Below are positions 27,954 through 37,308 of a DNA stretch of 64,000 nt, piece by piece. The notes under the pieces were generated by a model that saw only the letters and a program-made list of their open reading frames with translations, made no database searches and was not told the DNA's origin. The translations under genes and the position numbers were made by a program. Location of the stretch: assembly GCA_947652375.1 (NCBI GenBank), contig CANTCS010000003.1, positions 4,914 to 68,913 of the forward strand, written 5' to 3'. Source of the DNA: an uncultured Mollicutes bacterium (GTDB lineage: Bacteria; Bacillota_I; Bacilli_A; RF39; UBA660). Every line of letters begins with the position of its first letter. Positions within the stretch are counted from its first letter, which is position 1.

Positions 27954-29366
27954 ATGAAAAAAACAAAAATAGTATGTAGTATAGGTCCTGCTTCTAATAA
28001 GCCAGATGTAATGGAAAAAATGGTTTTAGCAGGAATGAATGTTGCAAGAATTAACTTTACTCATGCAACATTAGAAGAAAGAAAAATGGCAACCGATTCA
28101 GTTCGTGAAGTTAGAGAACGTACAGGACAAAATATAGCAATTCTTTGGGATACTAAAGGTCCAGAGTTTCGTAGTGGAATGTTAGAAAATGATTCTATTG
28201 AATTAATTCCAGGTAACACAATACGTCTTGTAAAAGAGAATTTATTGGGTAATCAAGAGAGAATAACTGTTAATCATCCTGAAGCGATTGATAGTTTAAA
28301 TGTTGGAAATTGCATATTACTTGAAAATGCTAAAATGAAACTAGAAGTTATTAGTAAAGAAGAAGATGGTGTTACTTGTAAAGTTGTTCTTGGTGGAACT
28401 TTAGGAAACAAAAAAAGTTTAAGTGCTCCAGGAATCAAATTAGATATTCCATATGTAAGTGATTTAGATCGCGAAGATATTAAATATGCTTGTGAACATG
28501 GTGGAGAATATTTAGCAATTTCTTTTGTATCTTGCAAAGAAGATGTATTAGAAATAAAAGAAATTTTAAAAGAACATAATCGTGAAGATTTACAAATTAT
28601 TTGTAAAATTGAAAGTCAATTAGGTATTGATAATTTAAGAGATATCTTAACAGTCTCAGATGGTGTAATGATTGGTCGAGGAGATTTGGGAACAGAAATT
28701 CCAAGTGAAGAAGTTCCTCATGCTCAAAAATTAATGATAAATATTTGTCGTGATATGGGTAAAGTTGTTATTACAGCTACTGAAATGTTAGAAACAATGA
28801 TGGAAAATAGCCGTCCAAAAAGAGCAGAAACTTCAGATATTGCTAATGCTGTTTTAGATGGTACAGATGCAGTTATGTTAAGTGGTGAAACAACTGTAGG
28901 AAAACATCCAATTGAAACAGTTCAAGCAATGGCTGATATATGTGAGGTTGCTGAAAAATATGTTAAATTTGATTACATTACTGGTAGAGAGTCAACTGAT
29001 AGTACTGCCTCTGCAATAGCAGAAAGTGTTGTAGAGAGTTCTAATCGTTTAAGTGCCAAATTAATTTGTGCATCAACAATAAGTGGAACAACTGCTAGAT
29101 TAATTAGTAACTTGAAACCAAATGCTTTAATTTTAGGATTATGTCCAGATGAGAAGACTGGTAGAAGATTAGCCCTAAATTGGGGTGTATATCCAGTTAC
29201 TATGCCAATATTCAATTCAACTGATGAAATTTTAACAGAAAGTATTAATAAAGCTAAAGAATTTATGGATTTAGAAAAAGGTGACATTGTTGTAACTACA
29301 GGAAGTTTTCCAAATACAGGTGATGCTCATCCTACAAATTTAATGAAAATTGAAGAAATTAAGTAA
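27954..29366 (+). CDS. pyk: pyruvate kinase
   Basis: KIVCSIGPAS, ARINFTHAT, DTKGPEFR, MIGRGDLGTEIP, TEMLETM. Confidence 0.95.
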   Translation: MKKTKIVCSIGPASNKPDVMEKMVLAGMNVARINFTHATLEERKMATDSVREVRERTGQNIAILWDTKGPEFRSGMLENDSIELIPGNTIRLVKENLLGNQERITVNHPEAIDSLNVGNCILLENAKMKLEVISKEEDGVTCKVVLGGTLGNKKSLSAPGIKLDIPYVSDLDREDIKYACEHGGEYLAISFVSCKEDVLEIKEILKEHNREDLQIICKIESQLGIDNLRDILTVSDGVMIGRGDLGTEIPSEEVPHAQKLMINICRDMGKVVITATEMLETMMENSRPKRAETSDIANAVLDGTDAVMLSGETTVGKHPIETVQAMADICEVAEKYVKFDYITGRESTDSTASAIAESVVESSNRLSAKLICASTISGTTARLISNLKPNALILGLCPDEKTGRRLALNWGVYPVTMPIFNSTDEILTESINKAKEFMDLEKGDIVVTTGSFPNTGDAHPTNLMKIEEIK

Positions 29367-29381
29367 CTAATACAAAATGAG

Positions 29382-29411
29382 AGTAGATACAAAAATGTAT
29401 TTACTTTTTTA
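29382..29411 (+). terminator. terminator of pyk
   Basis: AGTAGATACA-aaaa-TGTATTTACT (one G-U pair) followed by T5. Confidence 0.65.
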
Positions 29412-29495
29412 TATGAAGTAATATGATATCACTATTTTGTTACCTAAACAAAGTACAAATATTTACGGATATTTTTATTTTCTAAAATATATACA

Positions 29496-29532
29496 TAAAA
29501 AAATCTTTTCATTTTAAATTTATGAAAAGATT
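29496..29532 (-). terminator. terminator of the tmcAL-gmk operon
   Basis: Perfect 11-bp inverted repeat AATCTTTTCAT/ATGAAAAGATT, followed on the minus strand by a T-run. Confidence 0.65.
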
Positions 29533-29576
29533 ATTAATATTTATATATTAATAAGGATATAAGATTTATGAATTGT

Positions 29577-30272
29577 TTATACAATTTTATCACCAAGACC
29601 TCTATTGTCAAATTCTTCGTCCTTCATCAGTAATTCATGAATCTCTTCTTCTTTAGTATCAAGGAAAACTTCCTCAATTCGATCAACACGACATTTTTCT
29701 GCTTTAATAATCGCTTCTACTTTATTTATCGCTTCATTTAAATCATCATTTACAACTACATAATTATATTTAGTTACTTCGTTGATTTCGGTATAAGCTG
29801 TATGAAATCTTTCGATTATTTTTTCAGTACTATCAGTATTTCTTTTCTTTAATCTTTCAATTAATATTTTTATTGAAGGAGGCATAATAAAAATAAATAA
29901 AGCTTCAGGAATTAATTTTTTAATATTACTAGCTCCCTCAATTTCAATTTCTAAAATTACATCAATTCCAGCATTCAATTTTTCTTTAATAAATTCTTTA
30001 GGAGTTCCATAGTAGTTTCCTACATAATTAGTATATTCTAGAAAGTAGCCTTCTTTTATTTTTTGTTCAAATTCTTCTTTAGTTATAAAATTATAAGTTT
30101 CACCAGGAATATCATTTGCTCTAATGGCACGAGATGTTGAAGATACTGATAACCATCTTCCTTTGCTATCATTTTTTAAAAGTCCAGCAATAACACTTCC
30201 TTTACCTCCACCACTAGGTGAGGAGATAACAATTAACTGTCCAGTTTTTTTCTCTTTAATCATTTTTATCAC
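29577..30272 (-). CDS. gmk: guanylate kinase
   Basis: P-loop SSPSGGGKGS, SVSSTSRAIRANDIPGETYNF, YYGTPK. Confidence 0.85.
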   Translation of the reverse strand: MIKMIKEKKTGQLIVISSPSGGGKGSVIAGLLKNDSKGRWLSVSSTSRAIRANDIPGETYNFITKEEFEQKIKEGYFLEYTNYVGNYYGTPKEFIKEKLNAGIDVILEIEIEGASNIKKLIPEALFIFIMPPSIKILIERLKKRNTDSTEKIIERFHTAYTEINEVTKYNYVVVNDDLNEAINKVEAIIKAEKCRVDRIEEVFLDTKEEEIHELLMKDEEFDNRGLGDKIV

Positions 30273-31407
30273 CTTTTACATATATTATTTTTTCGAATTC
30301 TTTTTTTACTAAATTCTTATTATTTACTATATCATAAATTTTAGTTGTAGTAATTTCAAAATTTAACATTTCATCTTTTTCTTTTGTAATTTTACTTATT
30401 AAAGGAATATCCAGTTCTTTTTTGATAGTTTTTAAGTAATTTCTTCCTAATTCATTAAAACCTAAGATCCTAAGATATTTAATTTCATTAAAAAGTTTAG
30501 CTCTTTCTTTTGTAAAATTACATAAAATATGTAATAACATTCTACTTATTCTATTGTAAGTATATCTTTTACTTTTTATAAGTTTTATTAATTCTTCATA
30601 ATTTGTGGCTTTAGTTATTTCTTTTTTTATTACTTTATCTATTCCCTCATCAACAGTTTGATAAATAGTTAAATCATTTTCCGTTAAAAGTTTATATTTT
30701 AAAATAGAGAAATAATCATCTATAAAATGTAAATCATTTAAATAAGGAATAACTTCTTTAGGTATGTGATTTAGAACAGATTTCTTCTTTTTTAAAGTTT
30801 CTCTTATTGAAGTTGCACTTGAGTAGGTTATATTTAGGTTTGTTTCATGATAATTGTTTATTCTTTTAATTGTTTCAGATTGAATTTGATAATTATTTTT
30901 AATTATTGTTTTCAAATAACTTATGCCTAATAAATCATTAGGAGTATCTATTTTTTTACCAGTTAAATCATAGATAGAATTTGCTATTGCTGTTGGATAG
31001 TTATTACCCATTTTAGAATATATTTTTACTAGTTTATCAAATTCTTCATTATTTATTTGTGTTTCTGCTATTAATTTTAAATCATTTATATTATTAGATT
31101 CACTTCCAAAAATAACTTTATCAACTTTTAATTTTTCAAGAATTGTTATAGCTCCATAACTAAAATAATCAGCTGATTGAGTGGCAAAAGAATAAGGTAA
31201 TTCTATTACTAAATCTATTCCTAATTTTAAGGCTATTTCAGTTCTTTTCCACTTATCAATAATAGTTATATCTCCTCTTTCTGTAAAGTTACCGTTCATT
31301 ACTAAAACTATTACATGATTTGGATATTGAGTTTTGATTTTTTTTAAATGATATAGATGACCATTATGAAAAGGATTATACTCTGCAATTATTCCAATTG
31401 AATTCAT
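30256..31407 (-). CDS. tmcAL: YlbM/TmcAL-family nucleotidyltransferase (tRNA-Met cytidine acetate ligase)
   Basis: GIIAEYNPFHNGHLYHL N-terminal HIGH-like motif, about 380 aa. Confidence 0.7.
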   Translation of the reverse strand: MNSIGIIAEYNPFHNGHLYHLKKIKTQYPNHVIVLVMNGNFTERGDITIIDKWKRTEIALKLGIDLVIELPYSFATQSADYFSYGAITILEKLKVDKVIFGSESNNINDLKLIAETQINNEEFDKLVKIYSKMGNNYPTAIANSIYDLTGKKIDTPNDLLGISYLKTIIKNNYQIQSETIKRINNYHETNLNITYSSATSIRETLKKKKSVLNHIPKEVIPYLNDLHFIDDYFSILKYKLLTENDLTIYQTVDEGIDKVIKKEITKATNYEELIKLIKSKRYTYNRISRMLLHILCNFTKERAKLFNEIKYLRILGFNELGRNYLKTIKKELDIPLISKITKEKDEMLNFEITTTKIYDIVNNKNLVKKEFEKIIYVKGDKND

Positions 31408-31842
31408 ATTATCCCTCTTCCCTTTTTTTGTATTTTAACATACTAGGAAATTTATGACAATTATTTTTTAGGCGAATAATTATTAAATTTGAAAATTATA
31501 AATTTTTTTGAAATATATTTGATAAAATAAAAAAATTATTAAATATGGAGTGATGAGAAATAAGTTTAAGTATAGATAGAGATTTTACTACTATTTTAAT
31601 TTTAAAAACAAGAAAATCTAAATGTGTTATTTTTTAAATACTTTTATTCATTATTTAAGAATTTGGAGAGATATTTTCAATTATAATGAATAATGTACAT
31701 TCAAAAGTAATTTTAGATAAATATTATTTTTATTTTATTAAAGTGATATTCTTCTATTTTTATCTTTTTTAGAATATATTTAGTTTAGATGTATTAAATT
31801 AGTTTTTAAAATGTGTTATAATTTAGTTATGGAGTGATATGA

Positions 31843-32919
31843 ATGAGAGTTGTTGTTGTGGCTGGAGGAACTGGTGGACATATTTATCCAGCAATTGCGA
31901 TTATTAATAAAATTAAAGAAAAAGATAATTCTAGTAAATTTTTATATATTGGTACTAAAGATCGAATGGAGAAAGATATTGTACCTAATTTAGGAATAAA
32001 GTTTGTAGGTATTGAGATGCAAGGCTTGAATAGAAAAAATATTTTTTCTAACATTAATGTTTTAAAGAAATTTAGATTAGCTATAAAAAAAGCAAGTCAA
32101 GAGATCGAAAAATTTAAACCAGATATAGTTATAGGAGCTGGAGGATATATAACTGCACCTGTTTTGTATGCTGCACATAAATTAAAAATTCCAGTATTAA
32201 TACACGAACAAAATTCTATTCCTGGCGTTTCTAATAAATTTATTGGGAGATTTGCAGATAGAATATGTGTTTCTTTACCAAATAGTGTAAATTATTTTCC
32301 AAAGGATAAGGTTATATATACAGGAAATCCTCGTAGTGAGGAAATTGTTAAAGTCAGAAAGACTTCAAAAAGTAAGTTGGGATTTGATAAAAATAAAAAA
32401 TTAGTAGTTATTGTAATGGGTTCACTTGGAAGTACTACAATGACTAAGAAAATTAAAGATTTAATTCCAGAATTTAATACTAAAAATTATCAAGTATTAG
32501 TTATTACAGGAAAAGGTTATTATAATCAATATAAAAATTTAGATATTTCTAGTAATATAAAGATAATTCCTTTTATGGATGATTTGATAAATTTACTTAA
32601 AGATTCTGATTTGATTATTTCTCGTGCTGGAGCATCTACTATTGCAGAAATTACCGCTATTGGACTTCCAGCTATATTAGTGCCATCTCCTTATGTTACA
32701 AATAATCATCAATATAAAAATGCAAAAGAATTGATGGATGTAGGAGCTTGTTTAATTGTTAAGGAAGAGGAATTTTCTAAAGAAAAAATTATAAAAGAAA
32801 TCGATAAATTATTTGATGATAAAGAAGCTTATGATATAATGTCTAAGAATAGTAAAAAATTGGGGATCGATGATTCGGCAACTAGAATTTATGAAGAAAT
32901 AAGAAAGTTATCTGGGTGA
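31843..32919 (+). CDS. murG: UDP-GlcNAc:lipid I N-acetylglucosamine transferase
   Basis: GGTGGHIYPAIA, HEQNSIPG, SRAGASTIAE. Confidence 0.9.
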   Translation: MRVVVVAGGTGGHIYPAIAIINKIKEKDNSSKFLYIGTKDRMEKDIVPNLGIKFVGIEMQGLNRKNIFSNINVLKKFRLAIKKASQEIEKFKPDIVIGAGGYITAPVLYAAHKLKIPVLIHEQNSIPGVSNKFIGRFADRICVSLPNSVNYFPKDKVIYTGNPRSEEIVKVRKTSKSKLGFDKNKKLVVIVMGSLGSTTMTKKIKDLIPEFNTKNYQVLVITGKGYYNQYKNLDISSNIKIIPFMDDLINLLKDSDLIISRAGASTIAEITAIGLPAILVPSPYVTNNHQYKNAKELMDVGACLIVKEEEFSKEKIIKEIDKLFDDKEAYDIMSKNSKKLGIDDSATRIYEEIRKLSG

Positions 32920-32923
32920 TAAG

Positions 32924-33832
32924 ATGAATAAATTAGTTGAAATGATAAAAGAAAATAATATTGGTAAAGTAGAAGAAAATGTTTCTTTAAAAAAATATAC
33001 TACTTACCGTGTTGGTGGTATTGCAAGATATGTTGTCTATCCCAAAAATGTTAGTAAGCTTATTTCACTAATTAAATATTTAAAAAATTTTAAAATTAAA
33101 TATAAAATTCTTGGAAAAGGGTCTAATTTATTATTTAGTAATTCATTATATGATGGTGTTTTAATTAAACTTGATTGCTTTGATGACTTAGAATTTTTTT
33201 CAAAGAATAAAGTACGTGTAGGAGCAGGAGTTTCATTAATTAAACTTAGTATTTTAGCAGCGAAAAGAGGACTTGCTGGTCTTGAATTTGCTTCAGGTAT
33301 ACCTGGTAGTATTGGAGGAGCAGTATTTATGAATGCTGGAGCATATAAATCAGATATGGGTTATATTGTTGAATCTGTAAAAGTGTTGACTCCAGAATAT
33401 AAAGTAATTCTTTTGGAAAACAAAGAGATGAATTTTCATTACAGAACTTCTTATTTGCAAACACATCCTGGATATATTTGTCTTGAAGTTATTTTAAAAC
33501 TTCAAAAGGGAAAGAAAGATGCAATAGAAGAGGTAATTTCAGAAAGAAAAAAAAGAAGATTAGAGTCGCAACCTTTAGAATTTCCATCTGCAGGAAGTGT
33601 TTTTAGAAATCCAGAAAATAGTTATGCAGGAGAATTAATTGAAGAACTAGGTCTTAAAGGATTAAAAAAAGGTGGAGCAATGATTAGTGATAAACATGCT
33701 AATTTCATTGTTAATTATAAAAATGCTGAAAGTGAAGATATAAAATATTTAATAGAATTATGTCAAAAAAAAGTATATGAAAAATACCAAATTGAACTAA
33801 AATGTGAGCAAGAATTTGTTAATTGGGAGTAA
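32924..33832 (+). CDS. murB: UDP-N-acetylenolpyruvoylglucosamine reductase
   Basis: FAD-binding domain with YRVGG and GKGSNLL, SGIPGSIGGAVFMNAGAY, SAGSVFRNP. Confidence 0.9.
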   Translation: MNKLVEMIKENNIGKVEENVSLKKYTTYRVGGIARYVVYPKNVSKLISLIKYLKNFKIKYKILGKGSNLLFSNSLYDGVLIKLDCFDDLEFFSKNKVRVGAGVSLIKLSILAAKRGLAGLEFASGIPGSIGGAVFMNAGAYKSDMGYIVESVKVLTPEYKVILLENKEMNFHYRTSYLQTHPGYICLEVILKLQKGKKDAIEEVISERKKRRLESQPLEFPSAGSVFRNPENSYAGELIEELGLKGLKKGGAMISDKHANFIVNYKNAESEDIKYLIELCQKKVYEKYQIELKCEQEFVNWE

Positions 33833-33834
33833 TT

Positions 33835-34524
33835 ATGGCAAAAAAGATAGTAAGAAAGAAGAAACTAAAAATTTTTAATTTTCTAATTAGTCTCTTAATT
33901 TTAATTGGACTATCTTTTTCTGTTTATATATTATTTCAGATGCCTATTAAAAATATCATTATAAAAAATACTAGTTATTTAAATGATGACTATATATTAG
34001 AGATAGGTAAATTAAAAAATTATCCTAAATTTTTATTAGAAAGAAATAAAAAAATTTCAGCAAGAATTTTACAATCTCCTTATGTTGAAAAGGTTTCTAT
34101 AAAAAAGAAATGGGATTTTTTATTAGAAATTACTATTGTTGAAAATAAACCTTTATTTTTAGATTTAAATGAAAATAAATATATTTTTTCTAAAGATAAG
34201 GAGACTAAAGAGGATGAAATAAGTAAAAATTTTAGGGTTCCACGATTAATTAATCATGTTCCTGATAAAAAATATGAGAAGTTTATAAAGGAAATGAAAA
34301 AACTAAAGAAAGATACATTATCTAAGATTTCAGATATAGAATATCAACCTAATGAGTATGATAAAGATAGATTTCTTTTATATATGGATGATGGAAATAT
34401 GGTATATTTAACTTTAACAAAGTTTAAGATGATAAATCATTATAACGAAGTTTTAAGTCAGCTTGAAAATCATAAAGGTATTTTATACTTAGATAATGGA
34501 AATCATTTTCAAATTAAGGAGTAG
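33835..34524 (+). CDS. divIB: cell division protein DivIB/FtsQ
   Basis: Basic N-terminus, one TM, POTRA-like IKNIIIKNTSYLNDDYILE. Sits after murB. ATG 33835 has a GGGAG RBS (track start is TTG 33823). Confidence 0.75.
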   Translation: MAKKIVRKKKLKIFNFLISLLILIGLSFSVYILFQMPIKNIIIKNTSYLNDDYILEIGKLKNYPKFLLERNKKISARILQSPYVEKVSIKKKWDFLLEITIVENKPLFLDLNENKYIFSKDKETKEDEISKNFRVPRLINHVPDKKYEKFIKEMKKLKKDTLSKISDIEYQPNEYDKDRFLLYMDDGNMVYLTLTKFKMINHYNEVLSQLENHKGILYLDNGNHFQIKE

Positions 34525-34527
34525 TTT

Positions 34528-35898
34528 ATGATAAAAGAATTTATAAAGAAAAATATTAAATACTTGTTTTTATTTATATTATTCTTTTTTTGTATACAAT
34601 TCTTTTATGCGGTTTTTTCTCAAGATCAAATTTATAATTATGGTTTTAGTTATGCTATTAGTAGAGGAGAAGTTCCTTATAGAGATTTTAATATGATTAT
34701 TCCACCAATGGGAGCTTTTATTTATGCGATACCTCTATTAATTGGAGGTTCTTATTTAGAGTTTAATTTATTTCAATCATTTCTTTTATGTGTGTTATTC
34801 TTTTATTTATTTAAATTATATGATGAAAAAGCTTGGTTTATATTGTTTGTTTTGATGATTATAGTTCCATTACCTTTAGTTTCTATTTTATTTCAAGGGT
34901 ATAATTTCTTATTGATTTTAGAATTTGTGATTTTATTATATTTAGAGAAAAATAAAAAAAGTGATTATTTGATCGGAATTTTATTAGGTGTAGCTATTTT
35001 GACTAAACAAACTGTAGGAATTCTATTATGTTTATCAACTTTTGTTTATTTAATAAAAGATTATAAGAAATTTATTAAAAGAATTATAGGGTTATTTATA
35101 CCATGTTTAATCTTTTTTATATATTTAATTTTAACTAAATCTTTTACTGCTTTTTTTGATTTATGTTTTTTAGGAATGTTTGATTTTACTAAAAAGAATG
35201 GGGGATTTAGAAAATATTTAAGTGATTTTTCTTTTTACTTATTTATGATTGAAATAATAGGACTTTGTTTCTTAATGATAAAATATCGTAAAGATGAAAA
35301 TACTTTAAGAGAATTGGTTTATATATTTTTATTTTCATCGATTGCTGTTCCATTATTCGATTATCTTCATGTAGTTTATTTTACTTTTGTTTTTTTATTA
35401 TTTTTTGTTGGAAAAATTAAAATTAGTGAAAAATATAAATGGGGAATAAATGTTTATATTTTATCAAGTGTTGTTGGGGTAGTGTGGTTTTTATTCTTTT
35501 ATAATTTTAAAATGCCTAATATAGAAAATTATAATAATTTTAAATGGTTTATTTGTACAGAAAAAAATAGTAAAGAATTTGCAATGATAATTTCTTATAT
35601 GAAAAAGAGACCTAATACAATTTTATTATCAGAAAATACATATCTTATTAAAATAATTTTGGATAGAGAAATAAATTACTTTGATTTACTTAATTATGGT
35701 AATCATGGTTATAATGGGTCTAATAAATTAATTAGTATGCTTAATAAAGAGAAAGACAAATATCTTTTAGTTAATATGGAAGCTTATAAAAGAAAAAATT
35801 TAAGACAACAGTTTAATAAAGAAGTTATTGAATATGTGTTGAAGAATTATCAAAAAGTAGATAAACTAGGAGTTTATGATATTTATTATAAGGAGTGA
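34528..35898 (+). CDS. polytopic membrane protein, paralogue 1 of 3 (possible GT-C-like transferase; function unknown)
   Basis: 456 aa. Multiple TM segments followed by a polar C-terminal domain. Shared blocks: YGFSYAISRGEVPYRDFN, LLYLEK....DYLIG..LGVAILTKQTVG, FFDLCFLGMFDF, VPLFDYLH, INYFDLLNYGNHGYNG. Confidence 0.75.
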   Translation: MIKEFIKKNIKYLFLFILFFFCIQFFYAVFSQDQIYNYGFSYAISRGEVPYRDFNMIIPPMGAFIYAIPLLIGGSYLEFNLFQSFLLCVLFFYLFKLYDEKAWFILFVLMIIVPLPLVSILFQGYNFLLILEFVILLYLEKNKKSDYLIGILLGVAILTKQTVGILLCLSTFVYLIKDYKKFIKRIIGLFIPCLIFFIYLILTKSFTAFFDLCFLGMFDFTKKNGGFRKYLSDFSFYLFMIEIIGLCFLMIKYRKDENTLRELVYIFLFSSIAVPLFDYLHVVYFTFVFLLFFVGKIKISEKYKWGINVYILSSVVGVVWFLFFYNFKMPNIENYNNFKWFICTEKNSKEFAMIISYMKKRPNTILLSENTYLIKIILDREINYFDLLNYGNHGYNGSNKLISMLNKEKDKYLLVNMEAYKRKNLRQQFNKEVIEYVLKNYQKVDKLGVYDIYYKE

Positions 35899-37253
35899 TT
35901 TATTTGAAAAAAGTTGTTAGAAATTTATTAATATTTTTGGGGATATTTTTGGTTTCTTTTTTATTCATTCATGTTTTAGGGTTTGTTAATGGTTATGGAG
36001 ATCCTATTAATAGTTATGGTTTTGCAAAAGCTATAAAAATGGGAGAAATTCCTTATCTAGATTTTAATACTATTTCGACTCCTTTGTATGCTTTTTATCA
36101 AGCTCTATTTTTATTTATATTTGATGACTTTATTATGATAAATGTTTCTCAAGCTATTCTTATAACTTTTAGTGTAATAATACTTTATAAATTATTTGGT
36201 AAAAAAAGTTTCCTTTTATTAATTGTAGTAGCTTTTTTCCATTATAAAAATATTGTTGCTACTTATAATTATTTGAGTTTATTTATGATAATTCTTTTAA
36301 TATATTTAGAAAAAGAATATGCCGATAAAGATTATTTAATAGGATTTGTAATTGGTCTTTCTATTTTAGCGAAACAAACAGTAGGATGTTTCATGATAAT
36401 TCCTTCATTGTTATTTTATTTTAAAAATAGAGAAAAAATTTTAAAAAGATTTAGAGGATTTTTAATTCCTTGTTTTGTGTTTTTCTTTTATTTAATTTTT
36501 AATAAAACTGTATTTCAATTTTTTGACTTATGTCTATTTGGTTTGTTTGATTTTTTGACTAAAAATGGTGTTGGTGGAGGTCATATAAATTTAGGGTGGC
36601 TTATTTTTACAATAATAACTTTTCTTTTAGCTTTATTTTTACTTATAAAAAATAAAAAAGATATTAATAATTATTATTTAATATCAGGAGTATTATTTGC
36701 TATTCCATTATTTGATATAACGCATTTTTCTTTTTGGTTTACTTGTTTTTTAATAATGCTTTTACCATATATAAAAAAATATAGTAAAGTATTAATTACT
36801 GTTGGAATAGCTATGTCAATAACTTTAATGTTTTTAGATTTTTCTTTTTCTACTTTAAAATTAGATCTATGTATTACTAAAGATTTAAAGCATTTTAAGT
36901 ATAATTTGTATCGGAAAGATTTTTATGATGCAAATATTATTGTTGATAAATTTGTTAATACTTATGATGACCCTGTTGTTATAGGTTACTTTTCTATGAG
37001 ACATTCGATTGTAAATGACAAAAAAATTTCATATTTTGATGTTTTATATGATGGTAATTATGGATTTAATGGAATTGATAAGATGAAAAAGAAAATTGAT
37101 AAAATGCATAATCAAATATTTATTGTTTCTAAAATAGATTATAATTCTAAAGATGAGTTTTCGCAATTTTCTAAGAGTTTAGCCAAATATGTAATGGATA
37201 ATAATACTAAAATAGATTCGAAATATGGTTTTGATGTTTATTACAAAAAATAA
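35895..37253 (+). CDS. polytopic membrane protein, paralogue 2 of 3
   Basis: 452 aa. GTG start overlaps the stop of paralogue 1. Blocks: YGFAKAIKMGEIPYLDFN, LIYLEKEYADKDYLIG...LSILAKQTVG, FFDLCLFGLFDF, IPLFDITH, ISYFDVLYDGNYGFNG. Confidence 0.75.
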   Translation: MIYLKKVVRNLLIFLGIFLVSFLFIHVLGFVNGYGDPINSYGFAKAIKMGEIPYLDFNTISTPLYAFYQALFLFIFDDFIMINVSQAILITFSVIILYKLFGKKSFLLLIVVAFFHYKNIVATYNYLSLFMIILLIYLEKEYADKDYLIGFVIGLSILAKQTVGCFMIIPSLLFYFKNREKILKRFRGFLIPCFVFFFYLIFNKTVFQFFDLCLFGLFDFLTKNGVGGGHINLGWLIFTIITFLLALFLLIKNKKDINNYYLISGVLFAIPLFDITHFSFWFTCFLIMLLPYIKKYSKVLITVGIAMSITLMFLDFSFSTLKLDLCITKDLKHFKYNLYRKDFYDANIIVDKFVNTYDDPVVIGYFSMRHSIVNDKKISYFDVLYDGNYGFNGIDKMKKKIDKMHNQIFIVSKIDYNSKDEFSQFSKSLAKYVMDNNTKIDSKYGFDVYYKK

Positions 37254-37308
37254 TAGTTGTTAAAATAGAATTTTTCTATTACTAATTTTCTTTTTAAGAG
37301 GTGGTATC

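Noticed and set aside
31408-31842. Short repeated strings (ATGGAGTGAT at about 31544 and about 31825; AAATGTGTTAT at about 31619 and about 31809) in the 435-bp tmcAL-murG intergenic region
   Set aside because: The repeats are only 10-11 nt in extremely AT-rich DNA. The second pair coincides with the murG extended -10 (TGTTATAAT) and RBS. There is no evidence of a mobile element or structured RNA.
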